Virus record (IMG/VR): IMGVR_UViG_3300018080_000123
Span: 49,607 to 113,606 of that record
Reading direction: 5' to 3' (one strand)
Source of the DNA: a virus
Length of the DNA: 64,000 nt
Part shown: positions 17,030 to 25,175 of the stretch, piece by piece
How the letters are laid out: the number at the start of each line of letters is the position of its first letter
Position numbering within the stretch: the first letter of the stretch is position 1
Made by a program: the position numbers and the translations under genes
The notes under the pieces: model-generated
What the model was told of the DNA's origin: nothing
The model's input: only the letters and a program-made list of their open reading frames with translations
Database searches by the model: none

Positions 17030-17210
17030 CCGGGTCCTCTAATCTCACAACAGGTTTCAACTCATGAAGGCCCTTCTCGCTAAACAACGTTACGAGATAA
17101 ATATCGTCGTATTTGACAACCGCTTCTTCAGCTTCTTCTTTAGTTGTAAACAATAAATAATGCGGATCTTTCTTAAAAATCACACAATAATGAAATTTTT
17201 CTTGCTTCAT
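17010..17210 (-). CDS. hypothetical protein
   Basis: ATGA-coupled ORF. Confidence 0.45.
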   Translation of the reverse strand: MKQEKFHYCVIFKKDPHYLLFTTKEEAEEAVVKYDDIYLVTLFSEKGLHELKPVVRLEDPDDDSSV

Positions 17211-18037
17211 TTGTTTTCTTCCAAAAATTTAACAATCTCCTTGTGGACAATCATCCACCCAATACTCGTAGGAGATTGATAGTTTCCAAAAAGACCGGCA
17301 AAAACCAAACCGGACAGCTCTCCCTTATCATTAAAGACTCCCGACCCGCTATTGCCTGGATAAATGGGAGCCGAAATTAGTCGCGCTTCCGAACCAAGAA
17401 CTTCAGCATAGCTTCCGACCCTTCCTTCGGCGACAGAGCCAAAAATTCCAAGAGGATTTCCGACAACAAAGATCTGATCTCCAAACTTAACTGGCTCTTT
17501 AGCAATCTTAACAGGGGTAAGTTTTTTTCCCTGCGAAACCACTTTTAACAAACACAAATCTGCTAATGACGATTTTCTATGAACTTTTGCATATAGATAG
17601 CTTGTATGTTCGGGGCTCTTAAGAGCCAAACGAAAGAACGTGCCAGGGGCTCTTTTATTAGCCGCCATATCGCAGACATGATTATTTGTTAACACTAGAT
17701 CGGGACTAATTGCAACCCCCGTACCAAAACCAACATTTGTCATCTCTACTCTCACAAACCCTGCCGATGGTTTATCAAGATATCCTTTTGTCGTACTTTC
17801 GGGCCCTTTAGTAGGAAACTTAATAGTATTCCTTTGAGGAATCATATTTCTGCCAACAGGATGTTGTAATGTTATTCCTTTTACAGTATGATTAACAGGA
17901 GTAGAGAGGGTCGAACGATCAATAAATTCGTCCAATTTAACAATTGTAGCGACATTTAATAGAAACATCGCCACCCCCGCAGCCAAATAAAAAACCACCA
18001 GTCCGATATTAAGAATTCGCGCAATTTTACTCAACAT
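17207..18037 (-). CDS. membrane-anchored trypsin-like (S1C) serine protease without PDZ
   Basis: TNNHV (His), ADLCLL (Asp), GNSGSG (Ser), N-terminal TM helix; start moved to MLSKI. Confidence 0.85.
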   Translation of the reverse strand: MLSKIARILNIGLVVFYLAAGVAMFLLNVATIVKLDEFIDRSTLSTPVNHTVKGITLQHPVGRNMIPQRNTIKFPTKGPESTTKGYLDKPSAGFVRVEMTNVGFGTGVAISPDLVLTNNHVCDMAANKRAPGTFFRLALKSPEHTSYLYAKVHRKSSLADLCLLKVVSQGKKLTPVKIAKEPVKFGDQIFVVGNPLGIFGSVAEGRVGSYAEVLGSEARLISAPIYPGNSGSGVFNDKGELSGLVFAGLFGNYQSPTSIGWMIVHKEIVKFLEENK

Positions 18038-18896
18038 TTGTATCTCCTTCTTGATTTTCTTTTTTCTCATTACTTTCTTCCCCAGCAATCTGACTCAATA
18101 CTTCTTCAGTGTTATCAAACTCTTTTTGTAAAGGCTCATACTCTTCTTTTTTAATCTCAACTGTGATCTCTCCTCCTGCAGGAATGCTAATCCTGTCACA
18201 TAGAGCCTTGTATAGCTTTTTCAGCTCGCTTGGTTTGGGAAGATTATCAAAGGTCCTTTTTCTCGGTCCTTTTCGGTAATTCCCTCTTTTTCGATATTCA
18301 ACAATCTCATCTATTAGCCCTAACTCGAGCGCTTCCTCTGCCGAAATAAAAATATCTTTTCCGGTACTAGTCAACCTATCATAAAATTTCTTATCGGGAT
18401 ATGAATTATCGGCATAAACTTGATTCAATTTTGACTGAATCCTTTGCTCTTCCTCTTGATATATTTTTTGATCCGCTAGCGTTCTGCAACCTGGGTCATT
18501 AGCTCCCTCATGTAACAGGACCCTTGTAAGCTTAGACAAATATCTTTCATCGCAACAGCACATAATCCATGTAGCAGAGCTTCCTACGTGGCCTTTCCCA
18601 TAAAATACAAACTTACAGCGAGTTTCTTGAATAGTGTCATGAAGAGCCATCATTGACTCTGCGCATCCGCCATAAGAATTCATATAAATAGTGATTGGTT
18701 TGCTACTCATCTCCTCCATGAGATGAATTCCCATAATAGCTACTTTAACTGAATCCTGATCAAAAGCGTTATAGCTGACTTCTTCGTCGTCAGGCTCTTT
18801 ATCCGTTGGTTTACCAAAATAGATTTTTCTATGAATAACATCCACACCCCATTTCATTAGATTGTCAAGCCAGTCAGCGTCTTTTCTTGTAGACAT
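18027..18896 (-). CDS. clpP: ClpP-like protease with C-terminal extension
   Basis: IYMNSYGG, VGSSAT (Ser), LLHE (His), KDIFISAEEALELGLIDEI (Asp). Confidence 0.8.
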   Translation of the reverse strand: MSTRKDADWLDNLMKWGVDVIHRKIYFGKPTDKEPDDEEVSYNAFDQDSVKVAIMGIHLMEEMSSKPITIYMNSYGGCAESMMALHDTIQETRCKFVFYGKGHVGSSATWIMCCCDERYLSKLTRVLLHEGANDPGCRTLADQKIYQEEEQRIQSKLNQVYADNSYPDKKFYDRLTSTGKDIFISAEEALELGLIDEIVEYRKRGNYRKGPRKRTFDNLPKPSELKKLYKALCDRISIPAGGEITVEIKKEEYEPLQKEFDNTEEVLSQIAGEESNEKKENQEGDTNVE

Positions 18897-18904
18897 AACG
18901 CCTC

Positions 18905-20227
18905 CTATTTCTTGTGTTCTAGCTCTAAATCATAAATTGGAATGATTTTATCTAACTCCTTGTTATTATCTACTTCTTTACTAAACTGAACTCGCCTAAT
19001 ATCTCCGCATGGATGTTTTTTTGTAGACTCCACGATTGTCTGAGATGAAATAGCGTAGTTGATACTTAGTGAGCTTGCAAACGGATCTTTTCCGGATAAT
19101 GTCGAATTAACAACAACATCGATTCCATTTTGTGTTTTAGCTTTTAGCTCCTGGTGAACGTGCCCTGCAAGAACGCCAGCAATAGGAGGATTCCCCTTTT
19201 TAATTTCTCCAGTATTAAATGACTCTATTTGATGTGTAAGGGCTTTAAAATTAATTGACTTCCCGGGAGCAGAAATAGCTGAAAATACCGTATCTCCGTG
19301 AACACCTATCAGACGACCACCAATCGTATCAATCATCACATACTGTGTTTTAGGAATAACGAATTTAACCCGACCAGCAAAAATCAACGATAGGGCATAA
19401 TAAACGGGATTAATTACGCTATCATATTTTTGTTGGTTAACTCTATTTCCGCCCTCTCTACGAAATGGCCAGTCTTCATGATTGCCAGGAATACCATAGA
19501 ATACAATCTCATCAAAAAAATTCAAAAGATACGAAATCATATGAAACAAAACATGTAGGGCCCCGTTCATTTGATGAACAATAAGATCAGTATCAATTCC
19601 CGTCTTGTTATGAATCTTACCATGATTAATATCGCCTAAAGAGGCTAAGTGAAGTTTTTTGGTGGCTGCCCTATGGGCAAGTTTATAGTTAGCAATTTCC
19701 TGGGCAAAGAATGCGCATCTCCTGCAGCCCTCTGTCCATCCAAAACTATTTGAATTCCCGACTTCATTACTATCGACCTTGAGACCAAGATGCCAGTCTG
19801 AAAACGGAGCAACCAACTCTCTTTTTTCTACAGTAGGGGCTTGAATCTTTTTAAGAAATCCTTTTATTTCTTTCTTATTAAGAACAACCGGACTTAACTT
19901 AAGATTTTTGATTGACTTGGCAAACTCTTCGGTCAAATAGGCCATTTCATAATCTTCAAGAATATTTTTTCTTTGAATTGAGCGTGCAAGACTCCTATAT
20001 TTATTTGCAACAATTGTTTCTGATGTTTTAAGAGTCTCTCCCAAATCAACCGCTTCTTCAAAAGCGACGTTCCATCCTCCGAAGAATTTTCTGATTAAAT
20101 GGTCTGATAAACCGGCTGAAACAAACTCTGTCTTCGTTGGCCGAGATCCTTTCAACTTATGTAAAGCAACTATCTTCTCTAGAATTTCTTTTTTGAGCTC
20201 TTTATTGCTTTTTTTCTTCATCCTCAT
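18905..20227 (-). CDS. calcineurin-like metallophosphoesterase with N-terminal helical DNA-binding-like repeat
   Basis: SDWHLG, LGDINHG, PGNHE, VHGD and AGHVH motifs. Confidence 0.8.
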   Translation of the reverse strand: MRMKKKSNKELKKEILEKIVALHKLKGSRPTKTEFVSAGLSDHLIRKFFGGWNVAFEEAVDLGETLKTSETIVANKYRSLARSIQRKNILEDYEMAYLTEEFAKSIKNLKLSPVVLNKKEIKGFLKKIQAPTVEKRELVAPFSDWHLGLKVDSNEVGNSNSFGWTEGCRRCAFFAQEIANYKLAHRAATKKLHLASLGDINHGKIHNKTGIDTDLIVHQMNGALHVLFHMISYLLNFFDEIVFYGIPGNHEDWPFRREGGNRVNQQKYDSVINPVYYALSLIFAGRVKFVIPKTQYVMIDTIGGRLIGVHGDTVFSAISAPGKSINFKALTHQIESFNTGEIKKGNPPIAGVLAGHVHQELKAKTQNGIDVVVNSTLSGKDPFASSLSINYAISSQTIVESTKKHPCGDIRRVQFSKEVDNNKELDKIIPIYDLELEHKK

Positions 20228-20507
20228 CTCCGCAATAATTAAAAATGATATTATCTGGCCTCATAGCCAGATAATCCTTGCCTTCTATATTAATTGTGTA
20301 AATTTTAAATTCATCGAGCTCAGCAAAGCAGACTCTTTTTCCCATAAGCTTAGAAATAGCTTCTTTAGGTTGTATGAATCCCGACACCTTTACAATCGTC
20401 CCTTCGTTGTTGTTTTGCTCTTTAGGCATAATAAGCCCTTTTTGCTCAGGGGCTTTATCTTTCTCAATAATAAGCCATCCATTCCAGACATCAATATTAT
20501 TTAGCAT
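20202..20507 (-). CDS. groES: co-chaperonin GroES-like
   Basis: About 100 aa; LIIEK, mobile loop KGLIMP, EGTIVKV, IEGKDYLAMRPDNI. Confidence 0.7.
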   Translation of the reverse strand: MLNNIDVWNGWLIIEKDKAPEQKGLIMPKEQNNNEGTIVKVSGFIQPKEAISKLMGKRVCFAELDEFKIYTINIEGKDYLAMRPDNIIFNYCGDEDEEKKQ

Positions 20508-21321
20508 CTTCCTTCTCCTGCTTTACGCGAATATTAAGAACTTCAACATCAAAATCAACTTCTTTTCCCGCCAACTGTTCGTCTGCGTAATCTTCAGGAA
20601 AAACAACATGAATTACTCCAGGCTTATTCTTTTCTGCACCAATAAGGGCCTGTTCAAACCCTTCAAAAACCTGCCCGGCTCCGACCTGAATCAGCTCATT
20701 ATCGTTAGATCCTCCCTCAAACTCAACGCCGTCAAGTTTGCCCACATATTTTAGATTAACAATGTCCCCCTCTTCAACGGGACGATCGACTTCAACCAAA
20801 TTAAGCTTTTCATTGACCTGCTTTTCAATTTCTCTCATCTTATCTTTTTGAAGATCGTTGATTTTATCAACCAAAGCCTTCTTTTCTTTTTTCTCGCTTT
20901 CTTCAAGATCTTCAACAGACATACACTTTTCTGGATTAAGACTAAGCAAGATTTCTTTCACCCAAGCCATCTCTCGGACCAGATATTCTTGAGTCCCTGC
21001 AATTTGCAAAGTAAGATCCGCAACAGCTCTGTTCAGCTTAGTTGTGTTTTCCGATACATAGCTGGTAGTATTAGCAATAATCTTCCTAAAATTCATATCC
21101 ATTTGAAGAACATCATTACCTAAAGCCTGAACGATAGCTTGAAGTCGTGCAACGGGGATAACAACAGCTTTATCTCTATATCCTTTAGCAAGAGGCTCGT
21201 TTTTTGCTCCAGCTTTTTGAAACCCGCTCTGCTTCACATTCTGTTCGGCTTCATCGGCGGCCTTATCGTGACTCTCTTTCATTTGCTCAGCTTCCTTTTT
21301 GAGCGCTTCTTCATTTGTCAT
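20497..21321 (-). CDS. coiled coil fused to a trigger-factor-type FKBP PPIase domain
   Basis: DRPVEEGDIVNLKYVGKLDGVEFEGG...GFEQALIG...FPEDYADEQLAGKEVDFDV closely follows the trigger-factor PPIase domain. Confidence 0.85.
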   Translation of the reverse strand: MTNEEALKKEAEQMKESHDKAADEAEQNVKQSGFQKAGAKNEPLAKGYRDKAVVIPVARLQAIVQALGNDVLQMDMNFRKIIANTTSYVSENTTKLNRAVADLTLQIAGTQEYLVREMAWVKEILLSLNPEKCMSVEDLEESEKKEKKALVDKINDLQKDKMREIEKQVNEKLNLVEVDRPVEEGDIVNLKYVGKLDGVEFEGGSNDNELIQVGAGQVFEGFEQALIGAEKNKPGVIHVVFPEDYADEQLAGKEVDFDVEVLNIRVKQEKEDAK

Positions 21322-21332
21322 GGAGATTCCTC

Positions 21333-21749
21333 CTACTTAATATTTTTGTTATCTTCTTCTGTTTTATTTTCAACTGAATAATTGTTCTTTTGTCTGTCCA
21401 TATTAACGCGCCATTTCTGCATATAAAGATCGTAAAGCTTATCTGCATCAATTCCATTTGATGTGCAAATGTCGAGCATAAAAAATAGCAAATCTGCAAT
21501 TTCAACATTGATATTCTGTTTTTGAGATTCCAGCAGAGCAAAACGATTTTCTCTTCCTTCCTTACTCCACCACTTCCAAGCATAGCAATCTTGAAGCTCA
21601 GATAACTCTTGTCGAAGAGCTTGAATCAAATCAATAGTCCACTTACCGACTTCATTAGGAGATAGGTCTTTTAGCATGTCGGTTCCGCGACCAATTGCTA
21701 ATCTGAGCTGTTTCTGTTTATCAAAAATATCTTTCAATTTGTCACTCAT
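21333..21749 (-). CDS. all-alpha NTP pyrophosphatase (dimeric dUTPase/MazG-like)
   Basis: QELSEL...WKWWSK...VEIADLLFF. Confidence 0.75.
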   Translation of the reverse strand: MSDKLKDIFDKQKQLRLAIGRGTDMLKDLSPNEVGKWTIDLIQALRQELSELQDCYAWKWWSKEGRENRFALLESQKQNINVEIADLLFFMLDICTSNGIDADKLYDLYMQKWRVNMDRQKNNYSVENKTEEDNKNIK

Positions 21750-22234
21750 TTAACTTCGCTCTCCTCAACGACTGTTTTTTGACCGTTAGGAAATTTAACA
21801 ACTATCTTCCCATTTCGCCTGGCCATAATTTTGACTTTTTGATTATTGTAGATTCCCTCTCCAATTCCGTCTCTCAAAGTCTGTCCTAGAACACCAGCAA
21901 AACCATCCTTGGGAGACTCAGGGAGAGAGGTTTCTTTCTCGGAAGATCCAATATTACTCAACACTCTGCTGGCCAAATGTTTTAAAGCAGAAACCTCTTG
22001 CTCAGTAAACAAAATTTCAATTTGTTGAGCGCTAGAAGTGGTTCTATCAGTATCAATTTCTTCAATGCGCCTATTGGCATAATCTTGAATTTCATTTGAC
22101 ACTTGCTCTTTAATCTCTTTTGGAAATTGCTTACCATTAAACTTAATAGAAAGAGACTTAAAAGCTTGAATTAATTGAAGTTTTGTGCGTAACTTATTAA
22201 GAGTAATCTCTGACTTGAGTTGTTCTTGCGACAT
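21746..22234 (-). CDS. hypothetical protein
   Basis: AGGAGG SD, TGTATAAT upstream. Confidence 0.6.
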   Translation of the reverse strand: MSQEQLKSEITLNKLRTKLQLIQAFKSLSIKFNGKQFPKEIKEQVSNEIQDYANRRIEEIDTDRTTSSAQQIEILFTEQEVSALKHLASRVLSNIGSSEKETSLPESPKDGFAGVLGQTLRDGIGEGIYNNQKVKIMARRNGKIVVKFPNGQKTVVEESEVK

Positions 22235-22251
22235 GTTTGCCTCCTGTCTTC

Positions 22252-22259
22252 ATTATACA
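22252..22259 (-). promoter_or_regulatory. -10-only promoter motif TGTATAAT
   Basis: Intergenic, just ahead of the SD, no -35. Confidence 0.55.
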
Positions 22260-23159
22260 TTATCGCTTACGTTGATGATGATAATGTATATAATCGGGGC
22301 CAACATATTCCATTTTGTCTTTTTCGGTGAAGCCCCAACCTTTTGGTAGTTCAACCAATCTATCTCTACAATTTGGATGAGTTGATCCAACCACTGGCTT
22401 CCACTCCGAAGCCTTCCTCCCATAATTTGTCCCATTTCTCATGAGATCGGTGAGCCGATATATTTTCGGAGTCCCGTCGGGATTAACATAAAACTTTCTA
22501 CAATAAGCGCAAAGAGCGGCGTCTCTAACAACCAACTTATAGACGTATGTTTCTTCGAGTTCTTGTTTCCCTTTATTTCTTTTTACAATAGCGTCCGCTG
22601 CCCCATAAGATTGAGCGTTATTCATTTCAGTAACTGCTACTCTACTCCAATCTCGCGCGAAGTCCCCAGTAGCTTCCCTCAGGTCTTTAACAATCTCTTG
22701 AATCTTCTTATCTTCCTCTATCGCGGTAACAAAAGCCGGCCTAATCCCTTCAGTCTGAATTATATTTCTGTATTCAAAATTTCCATCTCGAATTAGCCCT
22801 TCAACTTTTTGCTGAAACTGAGAGGACAGCTTTTGAACTGTCTGAGCCACGTTCTCTTTCACATGATCAACGGCATGTTTTTCAATATCACTAAGAGAAG
22901 GCTTTGGTTCTCTAATCTTCCAATCCTCGTGATCTACTGGGCCATACTCATACCCTTGAACGTTTCCTCGGGTCATCCCAGTTTTATAAGAATCAGCGAT
23001 ATAATCTTCATTTTTAGCAGTATCAAATCCTAGATCCTTTAACTCCTTAATTTCTTCATCAGATAGTTGATCGGGCCCTAGAGTACTTAGAATAAAATAA
23101 TTATGTCTTATCCTAATTCTCTCTTTAATGGCTTCAATTTTTGATTTATCAACAATCAT
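22260..23159 (-). CDS. Mu gpF/SPP1 gp7-like head morphogenesis protein
   Basis: RDWSRVAVTEMNNA, CAYC and HPNCR; follows the portal gene. Confidence 0.75.
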   Translation of the reverse strand: MIVDKSKIEAIKERIRIRHNYFILSTLGPDQLSDEEIKELKDLGFDTAKNEDYIADSYKTGMTRGNVQGYEYGPVDHEDWKIREPKPSLSDIEKHAVDHVKENVAQTVQKLSSQFQQKVEGLIRDGNFEYRNIIQTEGIRPAFVTAIEEDKKIQEIVKDLREATGDFARDWSRVAVTEMNNAQSYGAADAIVKRNKGKQELEETYVYKLVVRDAALCAYCRKFYVNPDGTPKIYRLTDLMRNGTNYGRKASEWKPVVGSTHPNCRDRLVELPKGWGFTEKDKMEYVGPDYIHYHHQRKR

Positions 23160-23377
23160 TAATAATTTCTCAACTCATCAATAATATCTTGAATTGATCT
23201 TTCAATCACGTCTTTTGCATATTGAGCGGACCACTTAAGTTCAATATCTCTCAACACCGGATCGTCGAACCTACTCGGATGAGCGTTTTCTGCTTTTTCA
23301 GAAAGAGCTTTAACAAGCTCCTCTTCAACAGACTCAGGAGTCTCTCCGGGTTCCAAAATGATTTTAATCTTAGCCAT
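23159..23377 (-). CDS. small head-module protein
   Basis: TAATG-coupled between portal and gpF-like genes. Confidence 0.55.
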   Translation of the reverse strand: MAKIKIILEPGETPESVEEELVKALSEKAENAHPSRFDDPVLRDIELKWSAQYAKDVIERSIQDIIDELRNY

Positions 23378-25101
23378 TATTTTTTATACCACTCTACTTT
23401 GATCAATTTAGGACTTTTACTTTTCTTGAGAGATCTTTGCATCTCTCCTTCAGGCTCTCCGGATTCTTCTTCATTCAGAGCTCCGAACCCCTGATCTTCT
23501 TCAGGGCCAAACTCTCCACCCTCTGGGATTGCTTCTTGTTTCTTCTCTGCTTCGAATTCGCCAAATTGAGAAATCCACTGAACGTATTGAGGGTCTAAAA
23601 TCAAATGCCCGCCTCTCTCTGGCCCCAAAGGCTCCATTCCATCCTCAGCTCGAATTTCATCAATAGTTTTTGAATACCTGACTTCTTTATTTTCTCTTTC
23701 GACTTCTTGAACTCTAGATTCTGCATCTAACCCAACAAACTCTAAACAAAATTCATTATTGACCTTATCAATAATTTCCTCATTAATCAGATCCTCAAAA
23801 AACCGAAGAAGCGGCCTCAGTCCTTTGTCTTTTGAATGCTTCATCCGGGTTTCGTTTTGAGACTGGAAAACTCCTCCAGGAGATCCGGCATCTTTAGCAA
23901 TATCGAACCCAATTTCCTCAGGGCTGATACAATAAATAGCACAAGCAATCTTAATAAGATAGTTCATCCAATTTGAATACTCGATATCTCTGTTAGATTG
24001 AGTTAGCGGAATCCACGAAATCTTATCAGAGCCTGCAAAAATCGGAGTTCTCCAACTATTAACATTCCCGCTCGTTTGGGCATCCCACTGCTGTCTTAAA
24101 GCTTTCAGTTTCCTCTGTGGAACGTCAGCTTGAAAATGAAGAATTCCTTTGGTAACATGCCCTTGAGTAAAGAAAAGCTTGTTATAGGTTTCTGCCTGTA
24201 GATGAGAAGTGATTGTTGATACCAATAGTTCTAGTTCTCCAACGGAGTACCCGTTTGCATAAATATCGTTAACGGGGTTCCCCATACGAAAAATAAGATC
24301 ATCCGCTGTAAATCCCCTGACTACTCTGTTATCAATAACTTGAGCATAAAGATTGTTGTTTTCCTGGGCCTCTTTTCTTTCTTCCTCGTTATCGGGTCTT
24401 GTAATGTTATTGTAAGATTGAGCCCCAGTAGCGGAGGCGGTAGAAGTGTCTTGCCCTTTGTTAGATGCAAATCTTATTGTTCCAGCGTCGACAGGTAAAA
24501 AATGATGAAGTTTATCTGCATTATCATGAATTTTTTCTATTGCGACCTGGTCATATGTGAGCCTGTCCCTAGCGGCTTTTCTCAAAAATACGTCAAGAGA
24601 TAAAAGCTCGGTCTGTGGGCGATCGTTCATATGTCCACAATTTGAAATAAACTCGGTTAGCTCATCAATAATTGCTTTATCTTGCTGTTCGAGTTCTTTG
24701 ATTTTATTTTCATCATCATCGAGACTTTGATCACGATCCCTCTTGCGCCTAATAATAAATCCTTCACTATATTTATTTTTCTGAGGTCGACTAAACAAGC
24801 AAAGCTGGTTGGTCCGAGTTTGAATAATTGAAGCTATGATAGTATCTCGATAGGACATTAACTTTAGAACATTGAAATCAATTCGAGTTGGTTTTTCTTT
24901 ATACCCAGCAGACTCATAGTAGGCATCATGAAGAGGAGCATAAAAAGATCGACGATAGAATCCGTCGTTGAAATCCATAAGCTCGTTATCTCGAGATTTC
25001 CGGACCATATCGGCTCTTGAATCAGAAATGTATTTTTCAAGACGAACGTCAGTTGCTTCTAGTATCTTTCCAATAAGTCCTTTTTTCTTCTCATCTGACA
25101 T
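23377..25101 (-). CDS. portal protein, SPO1-like
   Basis: RDRLTYDQV, PVDAGTIR, YNKLFFTQG, ISPEEIG and SKDKGLRPLL. Confidence 0.9.
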   Translation of the reverse strand: MSDEKKKGLIGKILEATDVRLEKYISDSRADMVRKSRDNELMDFNDGFYRRSFYAPLHDAYYESAGYKEKPTRIDFNVLKLMSYRDTIIASIIQTRTNQLCLFSRPQKNKYSEGFIIRRKRDRDQSLDDDENKIKELEQQDKAIIDELTEFISNCGHMNDRPQTELLSLDVFLRKAARDRLTYDQVAIEKIHDNADKLHHFLPVDAGTIRFASNKGQDTSTASATGAQSYNNITRPDNEEERKEAQENNNLYAQVIDNRVVRGFTADDLIFRMGNPVNDIYANGYSVGELELLVSTITSHLQAETYNKLFFTQGHVTKGILHFQADVPQRKLKALRQQWDAQTSGNVNSWRTPIFAGSDKISWIPLTQSNRDIEYSNWMNYLIKIACAIYCISPEEIGFDIAKDAGSPGGVFQSQNETRMKHSKDKGLRPLLRFFEDLINEEIIDKVNNEFCLEFVGLDAESRVQEVERENKEVRYSKTIDEIRAEDGMEPLGPERGGHLILDPQYVQWISQFGEFEAEKKQEAIPEGGEFGPEEDQGFGALNEEESGEPEGEMQRSLKKSKSPKLIKVEWYKK

Positions 25102-25175
25102 ATCTAATCTCCAATCCTTGTGTATAATCTATCATTATAGCGGAATTCCATACAACTTTAAATTATTCAACCATG

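Noticed and set aside
25121-25128. Plus-strand TGTATAAT between terL and portal as an antisense promoter
   Set aside because: A single copy could arise by chance in AT-rich DNA, and nothing else supports it
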